Shown here: positions 13,441 to 28,602 of the stretch, in pieces
How the letters are laid out: each line of letters starts with the position of its first letter
Position numbering within the stretch: the stretch's first letter is position 1
DNA from: Octopus sinensis
Lineage: Eukaryota
Assembly: GCF_006345805.1 (NCBI RefSeq)
Contig: NC_042999.1
Coordinates: 7,440,001 to 7,504,000 of the forward strand
DNA length: 64,000 bases
Direction of reading: 5' to 3'
The notes under the pieces: model-generated
What the model saw: only the letters and a program-made list of their open reading frames with translations
Databases searched by the model: none
Told to the model about the DNA's origin: nothing
Program-made: the position numbers and the translations under genes

Positions 13441-13884
13441 GTATATATATATACATTATATATATTATATATATATATTTATACACACACACACATAAGT
13501 CACAACATCATAATATATTATATATATATATTGTGTGTGTGCATCTATAAGATGGATTCTCTTGTCGTGAATGACAAACGAGGGTTCACTAACATGAAGT
13601 AGGAATCATGTTCTATGAACAGGAATGGGTCTCTTGAGGCTTGCTGTTGCCTCGCAAGCCTTGTCGCAAATGGAACAAGTTGAGGACCCAGTTTACTTGA
13701 GTGCTTGTGGACCATTTACTATGTATTTTCTTGAGTGGACGGTAAAGCCTGCTTTACTTCGTGCTGCAAAACCATTTAGAGAAGCAGCATTTTGCCAGCG
13801 TGCCTTCATGCTTCCACGAAGTTGATCTGAAGTCGGTGTTTGTATGTTTATGTGTCTGCGTGTGCTTGTACGTGTATGTGTTTG

Positions 13885-13934
<50 letters not shown>

Positions 13935-15483
13935 AAAAAGGGACAACTGGTCTTAGTAAAATGACTAGCCACACTGTACTCTTCCTGTAGAATAGACATT
14001 GCAACATTGGTTTGCTAGCAAAACATGTTTCGTAAATATGAAACTAAATAATTCGTCCAATTGTGACTTCATGATTATCAAGATGCCATAAAAAAAGTTG
14101 TTATTTCCCGTCGAATTAAATGGATGGGAAATGCATTTCTCTTTGCCGACGATACTGATTTTCAAAGCAATATTTTTCGAAGTAGAATTCAATTCAAAAC
14201 TGTAAAAGCTACAGTGTCGCTTGTTTAGTTTACCCATCGTGCATCTCCACCCCAGCTATTTATTACAGTCATTTTCAATTGGGAAATATCAGTCTACATC
14301 AATTTTACCTTTGAGGTATAAGCGTCTTATTTCAGAGAACAACGTAGAACAAGTAACAAAATAAGAATTTCCAACTCTACGGAATTTGTGAAGTGAGCCA
14401 TTTCAATAATTCAACGGCGCTCTGAATAGTTTGTGGATTGCAGCCAAATAATGGTTCTTCAATTATTCGGGATAGCATAAAGAATCCAGAGCATCATGGC
14501 ATCCACAAGTCAATGCATCGTTAGACAGTCTTTTAATTCTAGCTCAAATGAACGAGTGTGTATTGCTTATGCACCAATAGTTTACCCAGTGAATAACTGT
14601 TAATTTTGGGAGATGGGAGAAAACCTGAACTGTTTAGAGTTTATGAGCTTTATACTGCAGAATATTCTACGGAGTATTCAGTGTTGACAGCATTTTTCGA
14701 ATAGAAGAGAATATATTGCTCAATGGTTACTATTTTTAACAAGCAGAATCGATCAATGAAAATTACTAATTATATGAAGACTCACAGAGAAAACGGAACG
14801 AACGAAAAGCAGTAAGAAGACAAAACATTTTCTTAAAAATAATTAATCTTCTGTAATATTCCGTTTGATATAATTTTATTTTGTAAATTCATTATTCCTA
14901 TTTCATTATTGCATCTAATCCAAGTCTATTTTTACTTCACAGCACAATTGTGTCGCTAAAATTCCATTAATTCTTCTTTCCATTTACATACACATTTTGA
15001 AATTCCATTTTATTCCATATCTTATCTCTCAATTCCTGGCATCGATCTACTCCATTTTCCAATGTATCACTCATCTCTCATCTCTCATCTAAACAATTAA
15101 AATGTTCCTGAGACAGATTTTCTCCCACCAAAAACTTTTCTCCTTTTGCTATTACAAGACCGACGACGGTTCGTTGAAATGTGATATGGGCACTCTTATA
15201 TATATCAGATCAGCATCCGTAAAGAATATCTGCATGGAAACGAAGAAGCCAACCATTGTACAGGCAGATGTGTTTCACTTGGTAGTTGGTCAGTCTAGTA
15301 GTAAATTGGTCGATGTTAGTAAATTGCTAAGCAACTTTGCAGCCGACAAAGTAATGCAAGTCGCAAAGTAATAATTTCCGTAGCAGTACGAGACTCCATT
15401 GACTACAAACTAGACAGACATCATCTGAACAACGGAATGATATGAAGAAATAAATTTGTGTGTGCGGGTGTAGGCATGTATAC

Positions 15484-15530
<47 letters not shown>

Positions 15531-15541
15531 CTATATACACC

Positions 15542-15613
<72 letters not shown>

Positions 15614-15799
15614 GTACGTGTATATATATATGTTTGTGTGTGTGGTGTGTATATATATATTATATATGTGTATTATATAATATATATATATATATTATAT
15701 ATACATACACATACATATATATACATGCATATATATGTATGTGTATATATATATATTTTTTTGTGTGTGTGTATACATGTATATATATTATATATATAG

Positions 15800-15835
<36 letters not shown>

Positions 15836-15961
15836 GAGGTAGCCTAGCTAGCTAGAGTGATTGATTGATTGATAGATAGATAAATTGAGATATATGCGTA
15901 TATATATATTTAAATATTTATATATAAATATATATATATATACATATATACCATACATATG

Positions 15962-17686
15962 ATATGGCCGATCTGGGCTTATCAGTGATGTCAACCCCAA
16001 CACACACTATATCGGACATAACGTTTAGTGCCCCTGATGTCTTAGCGGCGATAAACGAAATAACCCACAATTCCGCAGTAGGCCCCCATAGGTTCCCTGC
16101 TTGTGTCCTGAAGTGTGTCGACACCAACTTGCATCTCCCCTTGCTAATCTGTGGAGAAACTCACTGGATGCTGGCTATATTCCAAAAAACCTTCTGTCCA
16201 GTCTGTTGTCCCAGTTTTCAAAAAGGAAACAAGTCCCTTGCAGTGAATTACCGTCCGATCTCCCTCACCTCTCATATCATCAAGTATTTGAGAGGGTGGT
16301 GAGATCTCGAATAACCCAATTTCTGGAAAGCAACCAGACGGCTGATCTCCAACCAACATGGGTTCCGTAATGGAAGGGACTGCCTAACGCAGCTCCTGCA
16401 TCACTTTGAGGACATTTTGAGAGGCTTTGGGAGAGGGCTCCAACACCGATGTCATCTACCTTGATTTCAGTAAGGCCTTCGACAGGGTCGATCACAGATC
16501 CTATGAAAAACTACCAACATTGGTGTCTCTGGAAAGTTACTGAAATGGATTAGTGTTTCCTGACAGACAGATCTCAACATGTTGTAGTTGAAGGGTAAAA
16601 TCAGCCCAGCCAAAGTCAGTAGTGGCGTTCCGCAAGGCACTGTGCTGGGCCCACTTCTTTTCATCATTTACATTAATGACATTAATGACATCATCAAGCA
16701 CAGCAACATAAAAATCTTTGCAGATGACTCCAAGCTACAGAAGGTCATAAATGAGGCCGAGTGACCGGACATGCCTTCATCAGATCTACTGGCTGTTATC
16801 AAATGGGCAGAAAAAACAATATGCTGCTGAACAGATAAATTTGAGCTAATCCACTTTGGAAAAGAGGATGCCCTGAAACTCCCATACTCCCTTCCTTCAT
16901 GTGAAACTCTCGCGGCGTCCAACACATCAGAGACTTGGGAGTAATTGTGGACAACAACGTAAGCTGGGCCACTCATATAAACACCAAGTTGACATGGCCC
17001 GCAGAATGTGTTCCTGGATTCTCAGAACTTTCCAGTCGAGAGATATCCACACCATTATCCTTCTCTTCTCCACTTTTGCCCGACCCCACCTTGAATACTG
17101 TTGTCCACTGTGGTCTCCCCACACAATACAAGGTATCATAAAAGTTGAAGCACCTCAAGGGCAATCACAAAAAGATAGATGGCATGACAGGCCTCGACTA
17201 TTGGGGTCGACTAGAAAAGCTAAAACTATTCTCTCCAACGTCGTCGTGAGCGCTACATCATCTGCATGATGTGGAAAATATTCCATCAGCATTGCCCAAA
17301 TGATGTTGGCTCACACTTTAGGGTACATCCAAGGCTTGGGCCCCGTGCCATCCGCCCAAAACAAAAATCGCACTCTCATCTCATAACAACAATACGGCAC
17401 AATTATTTCACCTCAATTGGCCCCGCTCTCTTTAACATTACACCAAAACACATTAAAACAGAACTGACCCTATAGGGTTCAAGAAGTCTTTGGACAGATT
17501 CCTTCAAGAAATCCCGGATAAACCCCCTACACCCGGATATGTCTCTGTAAACAATAACTCTCTACTTGAGTGGGCCATAGTGCCCAAATTCTGACTTGAA
17601 AGACTTCACCAGGTGGTGCTATTAAGTTAGACATGGCCTGGCCAATAATGGCCGAAACCTATCAAAGTATCAAAGTATCAAAGTAT
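15962..17686 (+). pseudogene. 5'-truncated CR1-like LINE (reverse transcriptase, frameshifted)
   Basis: [69 protein letters not shown]; 3' (GTATCAAA)n tail. Confidence 0.9.
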
Positions 17687-17786
17687 ATATATATAATATA
17701 TATTATATATATATATATGATATATATAACAGATATATATATATATATAATATTATATTATATCACCACACATAGGTATTATATAT

Positions 17787-17817
<31 letters not shown>

Positions 17818-17840
17818 ATATATTACACATATATATATAT

Positions 17841-17882
<42 letters not shown>

Positions 17883-17910
17883 AAACACATACATATAATA
17901 TATATCACAC

Positions 17911-17947
<37 letters not shown>

Positions 17948-18947
17948 ACATAAACAATATCAACCAAACAATGGCCATTGGATATTCTCTGGCAAAAACA
18001 ACACAAGCAATCAATCAACTCTATAAAGATGGAAATACTTTATGTTTCATTGCATCTTCCTCCGCCTTCTCTCCTTCTTTTCTTTCTTTCATTCTTTGTT
18101 GTTTTGTTTTTTTAGTCTATCATTCTGCCTTGTTATCTTTAATTTTTTTCCTTGGTATCATTTCGTCTTCTCCTCTTTCTTTTATTTTTATCATTTCTCT
18201 GCTTTCTTATATTTCTGAATATTTGTTTTTCATACATATCATTCTCAAAAGGAAATTAAAAGATATTTATTGAATAGAATTTGATTACTGTGTGATAGCT
18301 ATTCGAAAGAAAAGAGACAATATTGGACTACAAAAATAAAACAAGCAAATACAATACAATACAATAATTAAGCAAAGCAAAGCAACGAAAAACTAACGAA
18401 TTAAGACAACTCTTCACTCCTCACAGAACATAGTTATATACACACATGACTCCATTTTAAAAAGAAAAAAAAGATGTCTTAATCGTTTTGTAAGAATGTA
18501 TCGGGTTTTTAACAGCCTTCAGACAAATAACGTATAACATCGAAGTCATAAAGCGAAGATTAATGGGAGAGATATGTAAAGAGATTGATGAAGGGAGGAA
18601 GGGGTCTTGGGAGAAAGGGGAGTGGGGTTAGAGCCAAGAGAGAATTATAGGAGCAAGAGTCTGGCTTATTCATTCATACTCACTGTGAAATTGTTTAGCA
18701 TCACGTTAGCATAATCAGGTTTCTCGTTATGTGACTCAAGTTTTGTTATTGATTGGTGGCTTTTAGTTTTCGATTTAATATTGCTTGTGTGGGATGTTTT
18801 ATTTCTATGTGTTTTCTGTTTCTTGTGTTTATAATGTAGATGCACTCGTAGTTTATGAAGAAGATCGAAGTCAATGATTGATAAATGGGATGCTGAGAGA
18901 CAGGCAAAGAGCATATTTGATTGCAGGGGAGAATTACATACATACAT

Positions 18948-19513
18948 GCATGCATACATACATACATTCATACATACATGAATAATACATATATACGTAC
19001 ATACATATATACATAATACATACATACATACATACATACATACATACATACATACATACATAAATACATATATACATACATACATACATACATATATATA
19101 TATACATACGCAAATATATACATACATACACACATACATACATATATACATAATACATACACGCATACATACATACACACATACATACGCACATGCATAC
19201 ATACATACACACATACATACGCACATACATACATAGATACATACATACATGCACGCATACATACATGCATACATAATACATATATACATACGCACATACA
19301 TACACTCATACATACATACATACACACATACATACATACATAAATACATATATACATACATACATACATACGCACATACATACATACATACACACATACA
19401 TACATACATACATACATACATACATACATACACACATACATACATACATACATACATACATACATACATACGTACGTACATACATACATACATACATACA
19501 TACATACATACAT
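18948..19513. repeat. Long imperfect (CATA)n microsatellite
   Basis: Direct inspection; source of the MYVC/HTYI ORFs. Confidence 0.95.
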
Positions 19514-19705
19514 AGAATACTTAAAATATAGGTATCAGCAGAATTGGGTCAATAGACCAGGCGAGTGGAGCAAAAAATGCTTATTGCTTATCTGTTAAAA
19601 CACAGTGGGAAGAGAGACAGAGGAAGAGAGAGGGAGAGAAAGAGAGAGAGAGAGAGGGAGAGAGGAGGAGAGACAGACAGACAGACAGAAAGAAGGAGAG
19701 AGAGT

Positions 19706-19749
<44 letters not shown>

Positions 19750-20039
19750 GACCTGATTTTCTATTTCAAGTGCAATTAAACTGTAACAACAAAACTGTTT
19801 GAAGACAGAAAGGTTACAAACCAACATGGAAGAATCAAACGCACTTAGGAACCGGAAACTGTGTATCACGTGGTCTTTACGTATCTTTCTTGTTCAGTTG
19901 TATGCTAAAGTAATATTGATTTAAATTTCATGGGTGTGGCTAAGACGATTATATCGACCCTGGTACTCGACTACCGTTTCGAAACGGCCGTAACCCTAAT
20001 ACATATTCATTTCACACACACACACACAGCACACAAACA

Positions 20040-20092
<53 letters not shown>

Positions 20093-20984
20093 CACACACA
20101 CAGAGAGAGACACATACACACAGACACACACACACTGCACGCACGCACACACAGACATACACACACATACACGCACACATATATAGCTCCATATAGCTTA
20201 AAATTTTCGAGTGCGTAGGCCACGTCCAACCTTTCGCATATTGTTGTTTGTTGTTTGTCCCTTCTCTAGCCACGCCTGGCTCATAAGGGCCGGTTTCCCG
20301 GTTTCCTTAGCGTATAGGTTCTCCACCTGGACGGGGCACCGAACCGTCGCAGCTTTCACACATTAGATGACCTAATATCAGATGAGAAGGTGCTGTTCAC
20401 ACGGCCACGAATCTCTAGGTTATATGAAGCAGAGTTAATCTGTTATTGTTATTAAGAATATATGTAACACCTACTTCGTATACACGTAGAAACGATTACA
20501 CACACATACACACATAGGCGCGCGCACATTGCCCCGGAAACTAAATGGAATAGGCTGGTTGTATTTTAATGTTGGGTGTTTTCTTTTAAATTTCTGCTCT
20601 TCATATTCGACTCTCTGCGGGAATCACTACTTGATAGGGCACAGAAGGTGTGTCAATAGCCAGCTGGAGAAGATGTTCACCTGGGGCTACAAGGTACAGT
20701 AACATCCACCCTTAGCGGTTAGCCATATTTAGATGGCAATATATATATATATATATACAACCAGTGTTGAATTGTTTTGCCCCATTGCATTAAGAGTTCG
20801 ACAAAAGGGACCGGAAGAATAAGTGGCAGTCTTTAGAATAATTAGGTACTGAAGTCAAATTGTTCGCCTTAAAATCTTTAAGGTCGCATCCCAATGACTG
20901 AAATATGTAAGAGATAAAAGTTAGACCATCTTCTTATATTTTATAAGTGCAATCATTTTTCTTGGTACATCTATATAAACATCT

Positions 20985-21470
20985 TCGAGATGTGGCTTTT
21001 TAACACATTAAAGGGTGTACTCCAAACAAATCTGGACAATGCCATGCGTGCCAGACTCTTCAGTAGCACCATCCTACATGCGCTGTTATATGCAATGGAG
21101 ATGTGGGTAACTATGAAGAAGATATAACATCGATTGGCTATGATGCAAAGGGCTATGGAAAGTCCCATGCCAAGAAGATCACTAAGAGGCCATGTTTGAA
21201 TTGAGATAATTCGAGAGCGGAGCGCAGTCACCGATGCGATCGCAGAATACCGGAAGCACAAATTCTGCTGTTTCGGACATGTCGCAAGTTTCACAGACAG
21301 CAGGTGGAGCAGTGAAGTTGAAGAGTGGTATCCAAGAGATCGGAAAAAGCCAACTGGAAGGCCTCTAAGACGATGGGAAGACGATTTCGTTAAGCGATTC
21401 GGGTGAAGAGTGAAAAGAATGACGCAATCAAGGTAATATCGGAAGCGCATTGTAACCAGTGGTGTATAAC
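20985..21470 (+). pseudogene. RTE-clade LINE 3' fragment
   Basis: RARLFSSTILHALLYAMEMW...QRAME...IRERS...FGHVA...EWYPRDRKKPTGRPLRRWEDDF with in-frame stops. Confidence 0.85.
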
Positions 21471-22369
21471 AGCATCTGGTGGTCTAGCTGATGCTGTGAT
21501 GATACTGGGGTAATAAAATGAAAATAAGAGAAACATTAATTTTATATGTGAGCTTCAGGATCCGATTTGTGGACTCAGAAATACATTGTAATGTCAGCGT
21601 CAGCATATCAATAGGAAAACTAATGTTGCGAATAGAGTAGGACTTTGTGAAGCAAATATCGTTGCAAGAACGAAATCAATCAACGGATTGGTTCCAATGC
21701 ACAGCAGAACATTCAGATAATGTTTGCTGCTGCTTCTCTCCAAAACAATGGAAAGCCATTTCGGCTGCTATTTTTGCAATGGGTTTTTAATTATTTGAGA
21801 TTTAATTGTGTATTCACAAATCATATTAAGTGAGGGTTAATGGGCCATGAAATATGTGATGATGTCCGCCATAACTGGGCAAAATGAAAAATCGATATAT
21901 TGACACGGCGAAACTCGCTCTTCTTTACAACAAAAAAAATGACAGTATATTGATGTTAGCTGTACAGGTTTAATAGCCTACTCTCTTCTCGTTTTTGTAT
22001 TTGTGTCATTGAATAAGTACTACGATTAATGCTGTAAAACTATACCGTGTAAAACCAAACATGTGTACAACAAAATTTATTATTCATAATTACTGAAGAA
22101 ATACAATGCTTTACTTGGGATGTGTTTAAAATATGCTTAAAATAAACACTACACAATTGTGTTGTTTATGGGAAATGCGTCTGTTGATACTTGTCAGTTA
22201 TCGATTTCATTGAAGCACACGTGGAATATATAGAGATTAATAGGTGTCTACAAAAACATTTGAATTGCTTCGATTTCTGAACCATCCTGTATATCACAAA
22301 TAATAATATATATTATAAAATAACCATCTGGATCATGAGGTACGGGTTGGTATTATTTATTGGAAAGCT

Positions 22370-22745
22370 TAGGACGGTCAGCTAGCAGAATCGTTAGCAT
22401 GCCGGACAAATTGCTTAATGGAGAGCTGGCAGAAACGTTAGCACGTCGGGCGAAATGCTTAACGGTATTTCGTCTGTGTTACGTTGTGAGTTCAAATTCC
22501 GCCGATGTCGACTTTGCCTTTCATCCTTTCGGGGTCGATAAATTAAGTACCAGTTACGCACTGCGGTCGATATAATCAACTTAATACCTATGTCTGTCCA
22601 TGTTTGTCCCCTCTATGTTTAGCCCCTTGTGGGTAATAAAGAAATGGGTAGTTCGTCCGTTTTTACGTTCTGATTTCAAATACTACCGGTGTTGACTTTG
22701 CAATTTCATCATTTTTGGATCGATAAAATAAGTACCAGTTGAACA
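22370..22745 (+). mobile_element. SINE family B, multimeric
   Basis: Repeated head and body segments. Confidence 0.8.
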
Positions 22746-24499
22746 TAGGAGTACACAATAATAGTTGGAAAGTAGGGGGCGAGCTGACAAAATACTTATG
22801 GGCTAATAGTCTGGCCTTTTACGTTGTGAATTCCTATATCACCGAAGTCGACCTGGCCATTCATTCGTTCACTGCGATAAAATCAGTTGGCACTGGGCTC
22901 CGATATAATCGACTGGCCCTTGGCACAAGATTCCTGGCTGTGTTCTAACATTACGTAGAATATTAGTTCCGAAGCGGTTTGTGAAAGTTGCTGCTGTTTT
23001 CTCGTAATAATGGTTTCAAATTTTGTCACTTGGTCAGTAATCATATGTTCAACTGATACTTCATTCGCCGACGCCGAAAAGTGATGGGGACAGCGGACCT
23101 CTGTGTAATTCTCAAAACATAAAGACCGACAAAACGGCGCCAAGCATTTTGTTCGGCGTTTTCAAGATTCAGCCAGATCGCTGCCTTTGTTTTCTCCTAA
23201 TATTTTTAATCGAAAGCATTTGATCTGTGACCTTTTCGGGGTTTCTAGCACTACACATTCGAATTAGTTGTTCTCAGTTTTGATAGATGGTTGAAGCTGG
23301 ACTTGAGATATATTTCGCTGCTGTATCTAAGATCGCGGAGCGTTCCAGCCAAGACAGTCCTTTCTTATTTTCAGGCAGTGCATCTAATACTGCTATCTAA
23401 ATAGCGCCGTTCTTTTTAGAGATATTAAGATTCCATTTGAGAGAAGATCGGTTACTTTTTAGCCGATTGAGTGATCCAATGGAGGCTCCATCTTTTTTTA
23501 TTAATGGTAGGGGTGTTTCGCACAATGATGCTTTATTTCGACCCCCAACATTATCATTTAAATACCATGGAAACTAATATCTTTTAATAAATGCCAGTAA
23601 TCTGCTGGCCCAATTAAAATATCAATAGTTTCCACAGAAAACAATAGCATTTTCACCAATATTTTTTTGTCTGTAAAAATATGGCGGATTTTGTAGGGAC
23701 ATAAGACCAGTGAAGTAAATAATAGAAAAATATTGGCGATTCCTCCCTCTGACTTGAAAGTTCTGAAAATTAATCAGCCATTGAATCGATAAAATAATTA
23801 GAAGTCGATTCAATCAATCATAAATATCTTCTGAAATGTTAATTTTATTCGGCGTTCGAAGATATAACTTTTTACATTTTCTGAGGTAACGGCATACTGT
23901 GCTCAATCGAACTGAGGAACGCCTGATTTATTGGCATCAGTTCAAGTAGTTTTGTCCCTTTTTACACCAGTTCCAAGATTGTAAGTACAAGAAGTACGAG
24001 ATCATCGTGAAATCTGGACAAATATAAAGAATTTCTTTTTTTTCTTAAATACGAATTACAAATATCAATCAAACATCTCTTACTTTGTGCGTTTTTATCG
24101 TTTGATGATAACAGCGAAAGTGTATATGATGTTGTGATGTTCATTACGTTCTCGGCAGAACAAAGGATTTGGGTGAAATGAAAGGAGATAAATTATTATC
24201 AAAAGTGACTTATTTCGCTTTGAAGGGCGATAGATTTATTTTACAAGACGCTATTACGTAATCATCCTTTTGAAATATTCTACTTAATTTCACTTTTATT
24301 ACTGTTGCCGCAGTCTGTTCTGATCCAAACCATTCCAACTGGGGCCAATATGCCTATTTCAATTAGGAGGGAAACATTTTTCAATGCATTATTCTCTTTT
24401 AAGATGACTGCGTGTGAGTAGAGGGAAATTTGCCGACTGTTTCAAATAGATCGAATGCTGATCAAACGCTGCTTTGCAGACTTGCTCCTTCTCGAGTCA

Positions 24500-24782
24500 T
24501 CCCTGGCTCATAAGGGCCGGTTTCCCGGTTTCCTTGGCGTATAGGTTTTCCCACCTGGACAGGACGCCGGGCCGTCGCAGGTGAGCTGCAAGATGCAGGA
24601 GGAAAGAGTGAAAGAAAGTTGTGGTGAAAGAGTCAGCAGAAGTTCGCCATCATCTTCTGCCGGAGCCGCGTGGAGCTTAGGTGTTTCGCTCATAAACACA
24701 CACATCGCCCGGTCTGAGATTCGAACCCGCTATCCGTCAACTGCGAGCCCGTTGCTCTAACCACTAGGCTATGTGCCTCCAC
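24500..24782 (-). mobile_element. SINE family C variant
   Basis: Ends CTCTAACCACTAGGCTATGTGCCTCCAC; near-identical to 55457-55752. Confidence 0.85.
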
Positions 24783-24870
24783 ACCTTTGCATATTTCAGT
24801 ATTTTTAGATGGAGTTATTTGCACCCCATTCCCTAAATCCTGTATGAATTGTAACAACTATGTGGTTACA

Positions 24871-25185
24871 GTGGAGGCGCAATGGTCTAGTGGTTAGGGC
24901 AACGGGCTCGAGGTTGTAGGATCACGGTTTCAATTCCCAGACCGGGCGTTGTGAGTATTTATTGAGCGAAAACACCTGAAGCTCCACGAGGCTCCGGCAG
25001 GGGGTGGTGGCGATCCCTGGTGTACACTTTCGCCACAACTTTCTCTCACTCTTTCTTCCTGCGGCCTGCTCGCTTAGCCAGCGGGGTGGCGTCATTTGAA
25101 GGCTAAAACAATGCGAAGCGCATTGGGACCAGCGATGTGTAGCAACATCTGATAGTCTGGTCGATCACAGTGATCACGGTGATGT
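24871..25185 (+). mobile_element. SINE family C variant
   Basis: GTGGAGGCGCAATGGTCTAGTGGTTAGGG head; tail ends GATCACAGTGATCACGGTGATG. Confidence 0.8.
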
Positions 25186-25382
25186 GGTTACAATTATTAT
25201 CGATTATAACTATTGTTAATTATAATTCATGTTAAATGAAGAGAGATATTAAAACTATAACATTTAGCAGAGTTTGTCAAAACAGTGTCATTTGTAAAAA
25301 AAACAAATGAGTAGGTGGATTTTTATAGAAGTCGTATTGTGAAAGCCGTGTGGTCATGATATTCAAAAGACATTTATATTCC

Positions 25383-25987
25383 TATTTCTTTATTGCTCGC
25401 AAGGGGCTAAACATAGAGGGGACAAACAAGGACAGACAAAGGGGTTAATTCGATTACATCGACCCCAGTGCGTAACTGGTACTTAATTTATCGACCCCGA
25501 ACGGATGAAAGGCAAAGTCGTCATCGGCGGAATTTGAACTCAGAACGTAACGGCAGACGAAATACCTATTTCTTTACTACTCACTAGGGGCTAAACACAG
25601 AGAAGACAAACAAGGACAAACAAACGGATTAAGTCGATTACATCGACCCCAGTGCGTAACTGGTACTTATTTAATTCACCCCGAACGGATGAAAGGCAAA
25701 GTCGACATCGGCGGAATTTGAACTCAGAACGTAACGGCAGACGAAATACCTATTTCTATTTCTTTATTACCCACAAGGGGCTAAACATAGAGGGGACAAA
25801 CATGGACAGACATAGGTATTAAGTCGATTATATCGACCCCAGTGCTTAACTGGTACTTAATTTATCGACCCCGAAAGGATGAAAGGCAAAGTCGACCTCG
25901 GCGGAATTTGAACTCAGAACGTAACGGCAGACGAAATACCGCTATGCATTTCGTCTGGCGTGCCAACGGTTCAGCCAGCTCGCCACC
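25383..25987 (-). mobile_element. SINE family B trimer with 9-bp TSD
   Basis: Three tandem body copies with one head; TTATATTCC at 25374-25382 and 25988-25996. Confidence 0.9.
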
Positions 25988-27024
25988 TTATATTCCATTA
26001 TGCAAAGGTTCTGAAAGATGCTAACCAGTCCTCCTCTCTTGTACACTGAAATATTCTTATAAATCTACAAATTTGAAGTAAAATGAACATTTCTAAATGT
26101 TTTAAATTATAGTCATAGCAACTTTTAATGCACTTACTAGTGAAATGTTCTTGTAACATGCTGCCGGTGTCTGAAAGTTAACTTCCATATAATTGTAAGA
26201 ATTACTCCAATGAAGTCTGTGGAATTGTATTGTTTAACATTAGTTTCAGAATATTTATTTATTTTAATGTTGGCTTAAAATTGAACACCCACGTAACTTT
26301 CGTATTATGATTGCAATTTCAACAAATATCCTTATTGATCTATAATTCTGAGATATTTATTTCCAATAACGATGCACGTCTCGCTTATATTTAAAATCGT
26401 TGAATTCTAGACAACGGCCAACGCTATTTTGATATCATTTCAGATAGAAACGATCATACGAAGATTAATGATAAAAGTTATTGGTTAAATTTTCAGTTTT
26501 TCTCCAAGTCACATTTATGTAAATGTGAACATTATATAACGCTACTATAGAAATTTCAATCCGAGTTTAATTATAAAAATAACGTCTTCAACTTAACTTG
26601 TTATTATTATGTATGGATAGCATAATATTCACTTGTTTGGTAGGATTCTAAAGTTTCCAGACTATTAAAGCGTGCATATATTTGTCATTCCACGAACTGA
26701 AGCATAAAATAGAAATTGGGGAATAACTGTATTTGCAGCTCGAGAAATTGCTTGTTATAATTACAATTGGTTGGTAGAATCGTTAAAGTGTTGCTAAATA
26801 AACTGATACGTGTTCTTTACTCGCGTCTTTTTATATTCAAACCTTGTCGAAATCAATTATTTTTACTTTGCACATTATCGGGTTTAATATAATTCATTTC
26901 TTACCACAAAAATTAGTGAACCAATTTCTATGCTAAGAATCCTTATTATGCACATCTTCACATGTCTGGTTGATGAGAAACAAATGAGATTGCCGACAAT
27001 AATACTTGCTAATAATTAATTAGA

Positions 27025-27245
27025 TAAAGGCGGTGATATGGCAGAACGGTTCGCACGACGGGCAGAATGCTTAGCTGCATTTCGTCTGCCTTCACGTTCA
27101 GAGTTCAAATTCCACTGAGATCGACTTTGCCTTTCATCCCTTTCAAGATCGACAACATAAGTACCAGTTGAGAAATGGGGTTGATGGAATTGTCTCATCC
27201 CCCTCCTCGAAATAGCCGGTCTTGTGCCAAAATTTGAAATCAATA
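27025..27245 (+). mobile_element. Diverged family B-related SINE
   Basis: GGCGGTGATATGGCAGAA head; GACTTTGCCTTTCATCC core. Confidence 0.7.
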
Positions 27246-27387
27246 ATTACTTATATCAATTTTATTCCGTACTCAACTCTGTCCAGCAGTAATAATAAAA
27301 CATGTTTATAGTTCTATATCTAAGAGATGAGGAATTATTTACATTATTTACATTTGACGGATACTTGTCCTCATCTTGTTTATTGTT

Positions 27388-27434
27388 AACACAACGTTTC
27401 GGTTGATACACCCTCCAGCCTTCATCAGGTGTCT
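27388..27434 (-). ncRNA. Minimal type I hammerhead, core intact
   Basis: Minus strand reads GACAC-CTGATGA-A-GGCTG[gagggtgtat]CAACC-GAAAC-GTT-GTGTT. Confidence 0.75.
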
Positions 27435-27544
27435 TGGGGAAATTTCGAACCTGGGTTCTCATTCCTAAGGTATTTTTCGATGTTATTATTATTATTGTTA
27501 TTACTATTCAGGTCACTACGCCATATACCCATGGACATATAGTG

Positions 27545-27598
27545 TAGTGGTTAAGAGCGCGGGTTACTAACCCCACGATTCCGAGTTCGATTCCAGGC
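27545..27598 (+). promoter_or_regulatory. tRNA-derived Pol III internal promoter (A and B boxes)
   Basis: TAGTGGTTAAGAG A box, GGG-TTACTAA-CCC anticodon-like arm, GAGTTCGATTCC B box; no acceptor stem. Confidence 0.7.
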
Positions 27599-27603
27599 AG
27601 TGA

Positions 27604-27650
<47 letters not shown>

Positions 27651-28602
27651 TTGCTGTATCAATACCGGCAGATGACAACGTGTCTCTAAAAGAAATGGAA
27701 AAACTCTCAAAATACAAAGACCTGGAAATAGAGGTAACTAGAATGTGGAACCTGAAAACAGAAACAATTCCTATCATAGTAGGTGCATTAGGCAATCTGG
27801 CCAGCCCCAAGGAAAAAATACACCAGGAAAATGTAGATAGAAGCCACACAACAATGCCCAATAATATAAACACTGAAACTGTAAAACACGAAGACAAACG
27901 CAACATTCCCAACAAACACGATGTAAACAACGAAGGGGAGCCTAATGATTATGATAATATAAAAATAAAATAATCAAGAACTAAAAACCACAGAGCTCAA
28001 AATGGACCACCGACCATACCTCCCAAGAATAAAAATAACGCAATAACAACACCAATTATAAACAACATAAACCTAGCCGTCACTGAACTAGCCACTGAAA
28101 CAAAAAAAGTGATATCACTGAACTAAATGACTGATATACGCAGCAGCCACTGCAGCCACAAAAGAAGCTGGATACTCACCCAAACCCGCCCAACAGGAGT
28201 ACCACCACCCAAACAAACCCTGTGGATAAATAACATCCAAAACAAAATTAAAAAAAATTAGAAAAGACCTGTCGATTCTTAATGAAATCAGCAAACAAGC
28301 AACGCTACTGAGCAACAAAAAGAGAACAAAATGCTCCGCAAATATAACATCACAGAAAAAGATTTGCCGGAGATAAAAGAAAAGCTGAAGCAAGATATCC
28401 TTGCCAAAGCTCAAAGGATCCGCCGGTACGAGAAACGCCAACGCTTCTTTGAACAGAACAAAAAGTTCAACTCCGACCCCAAAAAGTTCTACCAAGAACT
28501 GGGCAAAAATAAAATAGAAGTCACTGCAGCACCAACGGCAGAAGAATTGGAAGAATTCTGGAAAAAATATGGTCGGCAAACGAACAGCCAAAAAAAAGGA
28601 GT

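Noticed and set aside
14130-14170. LFADDT as an RT catalytic motif
   Set aside because: No flanking RT motifs in frame.
14400-14760. Helitron Pif1 helicase remnant (SNERV, LLILGDG)
   Set aside because: Only two short motif resemblances amid many stops.
18666-19515. Long ORFs (279 aa, 181 aa) of MYVC repeats
   Set aside because: Translations of a (CATA)n microsatellite.
27545-27598. Functional tRNA gene (also the SINE heads)
   Set aside because: A and B boxes are present but there is no paired acceptor stem; embedded in repeats.
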